Assembly: GCA_965219685.1 (NCBI GenBank)
Contig: CBDCOH010000002.1
Location: forward strand, 736,001 to 800,000
DNA: 64,000 nt
Reading direction: 5' to 3'
Source: Candidatus Spongiisociaceae bacterium
Lineage (GTDB): Bacteria > Actinomycetota > Acidimicrobiia > Spongiisociales > Spongiisociaceae
A program made the translations under genes and the position numbers. Every line of letters starts with the position of its first letter. Positions within the stretch are counted from its first letter, which is position 1. Shown here piece after piece: positions 39,038-47,127 of this stretch. The notes below the pieces were generated by a model, which ran no database searches, was not told the origin of the DNA, and was given only the letters and a program-made list of their open reading frames with translations.

Positions 39038-40363
39038 ATGACGGCCGGCCCGCACCGGACCGGACCGCGAGTTCGCAGCCGGATCGGCCCTGGCGGAGGC
39101 AGAAGTGCCGAGTACCGGCGGGCCGTGACCGACAACTGGCACTCCATCGGACTGCCCCCGGATGCACTCTCGGAGATCGAGGCCGCCGGGTTAGACCTTC
39201 CCGATATCGACGCCGTGCGCAGCTACCGGCTCGACCGGGTCCGGAGCCGGATACGAGAGCTCGACTACGCGGGGATCATCCTCTACGACCCGGTTCATAT
39301 CCGCTACGCGTCCGACACCACCAACATGTCGCTCTGGACCGCTCACAACCCCTGCCGGTATCTCTGGGTCGGCGCAGAGGGTCCCATGATCCTGTTCGAC
39401 TACGGGGCGGCCGCATACCTGGCCGGGCACGCCGATCTGGTCCACGAGGTGCGGCCCGCGACCCAGTGGATGTACGAGCTGTCCGGGATCGAGATGGACC
39501 GGAACCTGCGGCGATGGTCCTCGGAGTTGGCTGCCCTGGTAGCGGAGCACGGGGGCGGAAACCGCCGGGTGGCGATCGACCGGGCGAGTCCCGATGCCAT
39601 CCATGCCCTCGAGGGGCGCGGCCTCGAACTCCGCAACGGTGGGGAGGTCATGGAGGTGGCCAGGTCAGTCAAGAGCGCCGGAGAGATCGCGCTGATGAGG
39701 GCGGCGATCGCCGTCACCGATCACTCCCTCGACGCCATGCGTTCGGCACTCGAGCCGGGTATCACCGAGCTCGAGCTGTGGGCCGTGCTCCACTCCGAGA
39801 ACATCAGACGCGGCGGCGAGTGGCTCGAGACGCGCCTCCTGTCGTCCGGTCCGCGCACCAACCCCTGGTTCCAGGAGGCCGCCCCCCGGGTGATCGAGAA
39901 CGGTGACCTCGTAGCGTTCGACACCGACCTGATCGGCCCGTACGGGATGTGCGTGGACATCTCGAGAACATGGATAGCCGGTGACAGACCTCCGAACGCC
40001 AACCAACTCGATGTCTTCGGGCGGGCGGAGGAGATGATCCATCGGAACATGGCGATGCTCCGGCCCGGCGTCACCTTCCGCGAGCTGACATTCGACACCT
40101 TCGTGCCCGACATCGAGGAGTTCCACCACTACACGACCCAGTTCCACGGGGTCGGCATGGCCGATGAGTGGCCCATGATCGGGTTCCCCCACACGTGGGA
40201 CCAGTCCGGATGGGATGGTGTGGTGGAGGCCGGAATGGTACTTTGCGTCGAGACGTTCGTGGGTCGGCGGGGTTGGGGGGAGGGCGTCAAGCTGGAGCAA
40301 CAGGTGCTGGTGACGGATAGCGGCGCCGAACTCCTTTCCGGCTACCCTCTCGACCTGCGATGA
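39038..40363 (+). CDS. M24-family metalloenzyme, DddP-like, copy 2
   Basis: Same motifs, with GGEWLETRLLSSGPRTNPWFQE; colinear paralog of copy 1. Confidence 0.82.
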   Translation: MTAGPHRTGPRVRSRIGPGGGRSAEYRRAVTDNWHSIGLPPDALSEIEAAGLDLPDIDAVRSYRLDRVRSRIRELDYAGIILYDPVHIRYASDTTNMSLWTAHNPCRYLWVGAEGPMILFDYGAAAYLAGHADLVHEVRPATQWMYELSGIEMDRNLRRWSSELAALVAEHGGGNRRVAIDRASPDAIHALEGRGLELRNGGEVMEVARSVKSAGEIALMRAAIAVTDHSLDAMRSALEPGITELELWAVLHSENIRRGGEWLETRLLSSGPRTNPWFQEAAPRVIENGDLVAFDTDLIGPYGMCVDISRTWIAGDRPPNANQLDVFGRAEEMIHRNMAMLRPGVTFRELTFDTFVPDIEEFHHYTTQFHGVGMADEWPMIGFPHTWDQSGWDGVVEAGMVLCVETFVGRRGWGEGVKLEQQVLVTDSGAELLSGYPLDLR

Positions 40364-40376
40364 CGTACCCGGCGCG

Positions 40377-42581
40377 GTGATCGACTTCGACGGGACGCAG
40401 GTCCCCATCGAGGATGGAGACACCGTTCTCACCGCTGTTCTCCGGGCCGGTCTGCGGCCGTGGCGCGGATGCCTCTGCGCCGAGGGTGACTGCCCCTACT
40501 GCCTGGTCACCCTGGAGGGAACCTCGTACGTGCGCGCCTGCCGGACACCGGCTTCGGACGGCGCGAAAGTCGAGTCGCATCCGAGCGACGGGTATCCGGC
40601 GCTCCGTCCATCCGACCATGCGGCCACCGGGGAGAGGGCTGTCGGGTTCGAAATGGTCCATTGCGACACCGTGGTGATCGGCCAGGGGCGTTCGGGGAGG
40701 GACGCGGCTGCCGAGGCGCTTGAACGAGGCCGCACCGTGGTCACCCTCGATACGTCGGTCGGCAGGGAGGCGGTCGGTGTCTACGCCGGTCCCGAGGTAG
40801 TAGCCCGAACCCCCGATGGCATGGTGAGGATCTTCTGCGAGGAGGTCGTAGTGGCGACCGGATCGGTGGAGGTGCAGCCGGTCTGCCCGGGGAACCAGTT
40901 GGCCAGCATCGTGACCAGGCGGGCAGCCGAACGGTTGGCGGCTGCCGGCGTGGATCTGGGAAGGGTGGTGTCGGTCGGTGTGCCACCGGATGGAGTCGAC
41001 CACGAGCCGGCCCGGGGCGAGTTGGTCCGCTTCGTCGGCGACGGGACCGTGCAGCGGGTGGTGACCCTTGACGAGGAGACCGGCGCCGAACGCACCTATC
41101 CCTGCGATACCGCCGTGATCGGTCTCGGATCCGGCCCGAGGGACACCCTCGCCCGGATGGCTCACGGTTTGCCGGGGGTGCGTACGGTGGGGAGCGCCGC
41201 CGGATCTCTCGACCAGCCGCCGGTGCCGCTAGCGGGCGTCATCTGTCCGTGTTCCGACGTCACCGTGGATGACCTGCGTTCGGTGTGGGATCGCGGGTTC
41301 CACGAGTTGGAGTTGATCAAGCGGTCCACGCTGGCAGGCACGGGCGCCTGCCAGGGGTCGGTCTGCATGCCGCACGTGCGCAGCTTCGTGGCCGCCGACG
41401 GGGGCGAGCTCCCACCGTCGTTCACCGCCCGCCCGGTGGTTACCCAGATCACACTGGGTGAGGCCGCCGCGGGCTGGTACCAACACACCGACCGGCGGAC
41501 CGCCCTCCACGACGAGCATCTCGCACAGGGAGCCGTGATGGAACGATCCGGGGGTTGGTGGAGACCCTGGACCTACGGCGATGCAGACCGCGAGTACTGG
41601 GCGGTTCGTTCGGGTGTGTCGATCTGTGACGTGAGCACCCTCGGGAAGATCCTGGTGTCGGGTCCGGACGCGGACGCATTCCTGGAGGGCATCTACCCGA
41701 CCACGATCACCCCGATCCGCGCCGGCCGGTCAAAGTACGTCCTGGTGCTCGACGAGCGCGGCTACGTGTTCGACGACGGGCTCGTCTGCCGTGAGAAGCC
41801 GGACCGGTTCCTGCTCACCACCACCTCCGCCGGCGCAGGCTACTTCGAGATGTGGCTGCGTGACTGGGCGGAGACCTGGGGTATGGACGTGCGGATCCTG
41901 GACCGGACCCTGTCCTGGGGGGCGATAAACGTGACCGGCCCCCGGTCGGGCGAGCTCCTCACCCGGCTGGGGGCCGCTGACCGGCTGCCGTCCTTCATGG
42001 GCCACACAGACATGGAGGTGGCGGGGGTGGCGTGCCGGGTTGTGAGAATGAGCTTCACCGGCGAGATCTCCTACGAACTGCACCACCAGGCGAGCCACTC
42101 GCGACGCCTATGGGGTGCTCTGATGGAGTTCGGCGCGGACCTGGGCGTGTGGCCGCACGGGATCGAGGTGCTCGAGGAGTTGCGGCTCGAGAAGGGCCAC
42201 ATTCTGGTGGGGCTGGACAGCCTGTCCGACTCCACGCCCCGCCGGCTGGGCCACGGGTGGGCGGTCCGGATGGACAAGGGGGACTTCGTGGGGCGCCCCG
42301 CGGTGTCCCGGACCTCCGGAATGGATCTGGACAGGTTGCTCGTGGGCTTGGAGATGGAGGGGGATCCGCCGCCTCAGGGCGCCATCCTGCGTGTGCAGGG
42401 TGACTACGCGGGATTCGTGACTTCCAGCACCTGGTCGCGGGTGTTGGGCCGCTCAGTGATGCTGGCCTGGTTGTACGCGCGGGACGGCGGGTTTGCGGAC
42501 GACATCCTGATCGAAGGGCGTCCGGCCCGGAGGGTGGCCGTGCCCTTCTACGATCCGGAGGGGCAGCGTGTCCGGGCCTGA
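40377..42581 (+). CDS. Sarcosine oxidase alpha-like subunit (2Fe-2S + BFD-like Cys cluster + GcvT folate-binding domain)
   Basis: CLCAEGDCPYC, CPC...GACQGSVC, TARP, DVSTLGKI, LRLEKGH. Confidence 0.85.
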   Translation: MIDFDGTQVPIEDGDTVLTAVLRAGLRPWRGCLCAEGDCPYCLVTLEGTSYVRACRTPASDGAKVESHPSDGYPALRPSDHAATGERAVGFEMVHCDTVVIGQGRSGRDAAAEALERGRTVVTLDTSVGREAVGVYAGPEVVARTPDGMVRIFCEEVVVATGSVEVQPVCPGNQLASIVTRRAAERLAAAGVDLGRVVSVGVPPDGVDHEPARGELVRFVGDGTVQRVVTLDEETGAERTYPCDTAVIGLGSGPRDTLARMAHGLPGVRTVGSAAGSLDQPPVPLAGVICPCSDVTVDDLRSVWDRGFHELELIKRSTLAGTGACQGSVCMPHVRSFVAADGGELPPSFTARPVVTQITLGEAAAGWYQHTDRRTALHDEHLAQGAVMERSGGWWRPWTYGDADREYWAVRSGVSICDVSTLGKILVSGPDADAFLEGIYPTTITPIRAGRSKYVLVLDERGYVFDDGLVCREKPDRFLLTTTSAGAGYFEMWLRDWAETWGMDVRILDRTLSWGAINVTGPRSGELLTRLGAADRLPSFMGHTDMEVAGVACRVVRMSFTGEISYELHHQASHSRRLWGALMEFGADLGVWPHGIEVLEELRLEKGHILVGLDSLSDSTPRRLGHGWAVRMDKGDFVGRPAVSRTSGMDLDRLLVGLEMEGDPPPQGAILRVQGDYAGFVTSSTWSRVLGRSVMLAWLYARDGGFADDILIEGRPARRVAVPFYDPEGQRVRA

Positions 42582-42975
42582 ACGCTTCGAGCGGATCGGG
42601 GCCACCAGGATCGTGGCCGACCCTGCGGCACTCGACGAGATCGAGGCGCCGGACGGCGGGCACCTGTTCCGACTTGCGCCTGACGATCTGCTGGTGCTAC
42701 CGCCCCTGGCGGCTCCCGATGTGGCCGACCGGCACGCCATATTCGAACCCGAGGCAGGCTTCTCGGCGGCACGGTTCGACCGCTCCGAGCTGGCCCGGCT
42801 CCAAGCCGTGTCGGCATGGGAGTTCCCCCGGCGCCGTCCGGCTTTCGCCCAGGGCCATGTCGCCGGCATACCGGTCAAGGTGATGTTCGATGACGGCGCG
42901 GCGCTGGTACTGGTTCCGACGGTGCTGGTGCACCACTTGGCGGAGCGCCTCGGTCTTGAGGACCCGCAGCTGTGA
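42568..42975 (+). CDS. Probable sarcosine oxidase gamma-like subunit
   Basis: RLAPDDLLV motif; overlaps both alpha and beta. Confidence 0.6.
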   Translation: MSGPERFERIGATRIVADPAALDEIEAPDGGHLFRLAPDDLLVLPPLAAPDVADRHAIFEPEAGFSAARFDRSELARLQAVSAWEFPRRRPAFAQGHVAGIPVKVMFDDGAALVLVPTVLVHHLAERLGLEDPQL

Positions 42976-44186
42976 ACGAGTTCATCGAAGCCCAGGTGGC
43001 CTTCGGTTGGAAGGACCTGCGATCGTCCTACGACGTGGTGATCGTGGGAGGCGGCGGGCACGGTCTGTCGACCGCCTACCACCTGGCCACCCGCCATGGG
43101 ATTACCAACGTGGCGGTGCTGGAACGCGGTTACATCGGGTCGGGCAACTCGGGTCGCAACACCACCGTGATCAGGGCCAACTACGGCATCCCCGAGGCGG
43201 TCCGCTTCTACCAGCGGAGCGTCGACCTCTACTCCAGGTTGGAGGAGGAGACCGGGCGCTGGATCATGCACGACCGCAAGGGCCTCCTGTGGCTGGTCCA
43301 CGGGATTCCCGGCACGCGCAACGAACGGGCCCGGGCCATCGTCAACCAGGCCTTCGGAGCCGACACCGTGTACGTGACGCCGGAGGAGGTGGGCGAGATC
43401 TGCCCGGAGGTGGACCTGAACGCGGGCGGAGGCGACTACCGGGTGACGGGAGGCTCCTACAGCCCCCACGCAGCGACGGCACGTCACGACCGGGTGGTGT
43501 GGGCCCTGGCAGAGGGCGCTATGAAGCGGGGTGTGCACGTCCATCAGCGCACCGCGGTAACCGGGTTGCTCAAATCCGGAGAGCGGGTAACGGGGGTGCT
43601 CACCGATCGAGGACCGGTGGCGGCCGGCGTCGTTGTGAGCGCCGTGGGAGGCCATGTGTCGACCCTGGCTGCGATGGCCGGGGTGAGGCTCCCGATCCGC
43701 ACCCATCCTCTCCAGGCCTTCGTCACCAACCACTACGCCCGTTCCTTCCGTCCCATCGTGGCCTCGGCGGACATGGGTTTCTACGTCAGCCAGACGCCGA
43801 GAGGGGAGATGCTCCTGGGTTCGGGCATCGACAGCCAGCCCAGCTACTCGTACCGTTCCAGCTACGAGTTCCTCTCGTACTGCTCACTCCCCGCGGTCAC
43901 CCTGCTCCCGTTCCTCCGGGACCTGACGATCCTGCGCCAGTGGGCCGGAGTCTGCGACATGTCGGTCGACATGTCCCCGATCATGGGATACACGGGAGTG
44001 GACGGGTTCCTGGTCACCACCGGATGGGGCACCTGGGGGTTCAAAGGAATCCCCGCCGGCGGCGAGCAGATGGCGGAACTGATAGCCACCAACCGCACGC
44101 CCGAGTTGATCGCCCCGTTCTCCCTGAACCGCTTCAAGAAGGACCGCCTGATGTTCGACCCCGGTTCGACCGGAACCACCCACTGA
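42972..44186 (+). CDS. soxB: Sarcosine oxidase beta-like FAD subunit
   Basis: GGGGHGLSTAY, GSGNSGRNTTVIRANY, ARHD, GWGTWGFK. Confidence 0.9.
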   Translation: MNEFIEAQVAFGWKDLRSSYDVVIVGGGGHGLSTAYHLATRHGITNVAVLERGYIGSGNSGRNTTVIRANYGIPEAVRFYQRSVDLYSRLEEETGRWIMHDRKGLLWLVHGIPGTRNERARAIVNQAFGADTVYVTPEEVGEICPEVDLNAGGGDYRVTGGSYSPHAATARHDRVVWALAEGAMKRGVHVHQRTAVTGLLKSGERVTGVLTDRGPVAAGVVVSAVGGHVSTLAAMAGVRLPIRTHPLQAFVTNHYARSFRPIVASADMGFYVSQTPRGEMLLGSGIDSQPSYSYRSSYEFLSYCSLPAVTLLPFLRDLTILRQWAGVCDMSVDMSPIMGYTGVDGFLVTTGWGTWGFKGIPAGGEQMAELIATNRTPELIAPFSLNRFKKDRLMFDPGSTGTTH

Positions 44187-44413
44187 TGGTCCTCCGTCTT
44201 GACTGCCCCCACTGTGGCCCCCGCCCGGTCGACGAGTGGGTCTACGGCGAGGTTCCCGACCCTCCCGACGATCTGACCGGAGCCGACGAACGTGACGTGG
44301 ACAGGGGCTTCATGATGGGCAACACGGAGGGCCTCAAACACGAGCGCTGGTTCCACGCGGGAGGGTGCCGCCGCTGGCAGACCATCACGCGGGACACCAC
44401 CCTCGACTATTGA
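44186..44413 (+). CDS. soxD: Sarcosine oxidase delta-like subunit
   Basis: CPHCGPRP..EW.YG, ERWFHAGGCRRW..RDT; TGATG coupling. Confidence 0.88.
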   Translation: MVLRLDCPHCGPRPVDEWVYGEVPDPPDDLTGADERDVDRGFMMGNTEGLKHERWFHAGGCRRWQTITRDTTLDY

Positions 44414-44552
44414 ATACCGAAGCCAGTCGATAGCCCACCTGATAGAACCAATCCTTAAGTGTTACAAATAGTTGTACTGACCATCAGAGTAGTGGTAGGC
44501 ATTGCTGGGGGATCATGCCTCTGCAGGTACGTATTACGGCTAGTTTGAAGGT

Positions 44553-44804
44553 ATGACAATGCTGAGTTTCAGAATGGCCGCAGAGGAGGTAGCTGAGGTC
44601 GGCAGGTGGGCCGAAAGGCTAGGGGTCGGGAGGTCGGAGTTGATACGCGAGTCATTGCGCCGGCACCTCAGGTGGTTGGGGTCGACGGACGACTCCGAGC
44701 GGTGGGACGCTGAGCCGCTGAGAGAGGAGGAGTCGGCACTCGCAGCGATCGCAGACTGGGGAGTTGCCGAGGACTGGTCGGATTGGAGCGATGCGGCGCG
44801 GTGA
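44553..44804 (+). CDS. Ribbon-helix-helix (CopG-like) antitoxin
   Basis: MLSFRM...GRSELIRESL, acidic Trp-rich tail; palindrome CGTA-T-TACG at 44530-44538 upstream. Confidence 0.8.
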   Translation: MTMLSFRMAAEEVAEVGRWAERLGVGRSELIRESLRRHLRWLGSTDDSERWDAEPLREEESALAAIADWGVAEDWSDWSDAAR

Positions 44805-45099
44805 GATCTGGTTCGCCGCTACGCCCGGAGGAGGCCGCCCGGTTCTTGTCCTAGCTCGTGATCCGGTTGCCGGTCGGATCGGGTCCGTTGTGGTGGCAAC
44901 GTTGACCAGATCCCGCCGCGGACTCGTGTCCGAAATGTTCCTGACCGCCGAGCGGGACGGTGTGCCCACGGACTGTGTCGTGAACTTCGACAACATTCAT
45001 ACGATCCCGCGATCCTCCTTCCGTCGTTTGATCGTGAGGTTGCGGCCGGAACGCATCGTTGAAGCCTGCAGAGTTCTCCGCGACTCCGCGGGGTGCTGA
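44791..45099 (+). CDS. mazF: PemK/MazF-family toxin
   Basis: MRRGEIWFA...RPVLVL, VVNFDNIHTI. Confidence 0.88.
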   Translation: MRRGEIWFAATPGGGRPVLVLARDPVAGRIGSVVVATLTRSRRGLVSEMFLTAERDGVPTDCVVNFDNIHTIPRSSFRRLIVRLRPERIVEACRVLRDSAGC

Positions 45100-45190
45100 T
45101 CGGGTACTGATGTAGGGCACCCTTAGACCATGCATCATCCGGTAGCCAACGGCTCTCGAACACGGGTCGAAAGCCCGGCCCTGATCTCTC

Positions 45191-46123
45191 CTACGAATGA
45201 CCGCCCACTGCCCACTGGCTGCTTCCCACTGACAGACACACCCCGTCCAGGATGTCGTGACCGGTCACGGTTATCCGCGACAGACCGAGCAACCGCAGCG
45301 CTGTCTCTGCTACGACCGCCCCACCGAGGATGATCGGCGCTCTTTTCGGGTTGAGGGAGGGAATGGCCTCCTTCTCCGCCAGGCTGAGTGAGCCCAGCCA
45401 TTCGACGATCCGCTCCGCCTCCTCGAGGCCGAGGGTGGTTCCCTCCACCTCGTGGGAGTCGTAGCTGTCCAGTCCCAGGTGCATCGCAGCGAGACTGGTC
45501 CACGTGCCCGCTGCTCCCATCGCCCCTGAGCGCCGCGGCAGATCGGAGGCGGTCATCACGCGGGTTGCTTCCCGGCGAGCCGCGGCGAGGTCGTGGACGG
45601 TGGCCGGGTGGTTGGGAAGGCAACGCTCGGTGAGCCGGATGGAACCGATGTCGGTGGAAACACCGCCCTCGTCGGTGACGATCTCGGTGCTTCCACCACC
45701 GATATCGACCACCACCGTGGCGCCGGGGTCGGGCATCCCTCCGGTGGCGCCCGCGAACACGAGGTCCGCTTCCTCCTCGCCGCTGATTATGTCCGGCCGG
45801 AATCCCAGCGCCTGAGTGGCGGCCTCGACGAACTCGTCCCGGTTGGAGGCGTCGCGAGTCGCGGAGGTCGCCACGGCTCTGGCCGCATGCACTCCAGCCT
45901 GCCGGATGCGCCGACCGTAGGACTGAAGCACCAGGGCGGTGCGCTCGATTCCGTCCGGCGCCAGCCGTCCCGATCGGTCGACCCCCCGGCCGAGCCCGGT
46001 CACTGTCTCGATGCGCTCCATATCCACGAGGCCGGATTCCGTACGGTCGGCTATCAGCAGCCGGGTGGAGTTGGTTCCCATATCCACCGCGGCAACCCGC
46101 CACGTGCCCCCGCCAGGGGTCAA
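45191..46123 (-). CDS. ppx: Ppx/GppA exopolyphosphatase family protein
   Basis: AVDMGTNSTRL, ATSATRDASN, ISGEEEA, DIGGGSTE; TTG 46123 overlaps the AAA+ stop (TTGA). Confidence 0.9.
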   Translation of the reverse strand: MTPGGGTWRVAAVDMGTNSTRLLIADRTESGLVDMERIETVTGLGRGVDRSGRLAPDGIERTALVLQSYGRRIRQAGVHAARAVATSATRDASNRDEFVEAATQALGFRPDIISGEEEADLVFAGATGGMPDPGATVVVDIGGGSTEIVTDEGGVSTDIGSIRLTERCLPNHPATVHDLAAARREATRVMTASDLPRRSGAMGAAGTWTSLAAMHLGLDSYDSHEVEGTTLGLEEAERIVEWLGSLSLAEKEAIPSLNPKRAPIILGGAVVAETALRLLGLSRITVTGHDILDGVCLSVGSSQWAVGGHS

Positions 46124-47127
46124 GGGTTGAATGGTGGAGCCGGCGGCCCCTTGCGGACGCATGCGGCCCACACCGTTTCGTAGTGGTCCACGTCGTAGGA
46201 GTCGATGTGCGGCAGCACCATGGCCTCCCAAGCACACCGAAGCGGGTCCGCACGGTTGCCGAACATCATGAGGCCCGCAGGAATCCGATCCAGAACTGTG
46301 CGTAGGCTGATCGGCGTCTCGACCCGGGCGCCGGGGTCGGTGGAGAGGAACGACGTGTTGACCTCAGTCGCCAGGCGGCTGATATGTTCGACGTAGGGTC
46401 CTCTCATCGAGGGGTAGCGCCGCAGCAGCATGGCCTCGATCTCCTCTCGGTCGGGGAAGTCCTTCTCCCAGATGACCCAGCGGTCGGCGAACGCCTTGTT
46501 GAGCGTCTGGGTACCGGCGTAGTCGCGCAGGTCGGTCGGGTTCATCGTCCCGAACAGCCGGACGTCGTCCCTCAGGTGCACCGACTCGCCGGTGGGAAGG
46601 TCGAGGGCCGAGTAACGGTCCAGCAGACCGTGCAAGGCGAACAGGGTCTCGGCGCCCGCCGCGTTCAGTTCGGACAGGTTGAGCAGCGCCGGTCCCCTGA
46701 GGGCTCTGGTGATGTCCCCGTCCTCCCAGCGGCTCTCAGTACCCCCCATGCCGTCTCCGTGCAGTTTCACCGAGCCGATGAGGGTGATGTCCCTCACCTC
46801 CCCGGTGAGTGGCACCCGGTAGTAGGGAAGGCGGAGCAGGGCTGCGAACTGTTCGATGTCATGGTCCTTTCCGGTACCCATGTGTCCCCTGACGGCAAGG
46901 TGGAGCGGGACGGTTCCCTCGGGTTTCTCCCTGCGGATGGTCTCCACCTGGGCGAAGCGGTAGAGCATGCCGACATCGACGTAGTGGGGGTCGGGCTCGG
47001 GTATCTTGGCCACGCGCTGGTGGTAGTCCCTGATGCCCTCGCTGGGTACCACCACCGTGTCCAGGGTGATCGGGTCGCCCCCTCCGGTGGGATCCGTGAA
47101 GGTGACAGTCTCTATTGGTTCAGGCAC
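46120..47127 (-). CDS. MoxR/CbbQ/CobS-like AAA+ ATPase with atypical Walker motifs
   Basis: GHMGTGKD, WEDGDIT, LLNLSELN, GTMNP, LNKAFADRW, ISLRT. Confidence 0.85.
   Translation of the reverse strand: MPEPIETVTFTDPTGGGDPITLDTVVVPSEGIRDYHQRVAKIPEPDPHYVDVGMLYRFAQVETIRREKPEGTVPLHLAVRGHMGTGKDHDIEQFAALLRLPYYRVPLTGEVRDITLIGSVKLHGDGMGGTESRWEDGDITRALRGPALLNLSELNAAGAETLFALHGLLDRYSALDLPTGESVHLRDDVRLFGTMNPTDLRDYAGTQTLNKAFADRWVIWEKDFPDREEIEAMLLRRYPSMRGPYVEHISRLATEVNTSFLSTDPGARVETPISLRTVLDRIPAGLMMFGNRADPLRCAWEAMVLPHIDSYDVDHYETVWAACVRKGPPAPPFNP

Noticed and set aside
42890-44185. 507-aa ORF overlapping soxB
   Set aside because: Only the last 75 aa (soxD) are meaningful; the rest is an off-frame GC-rich open frame.
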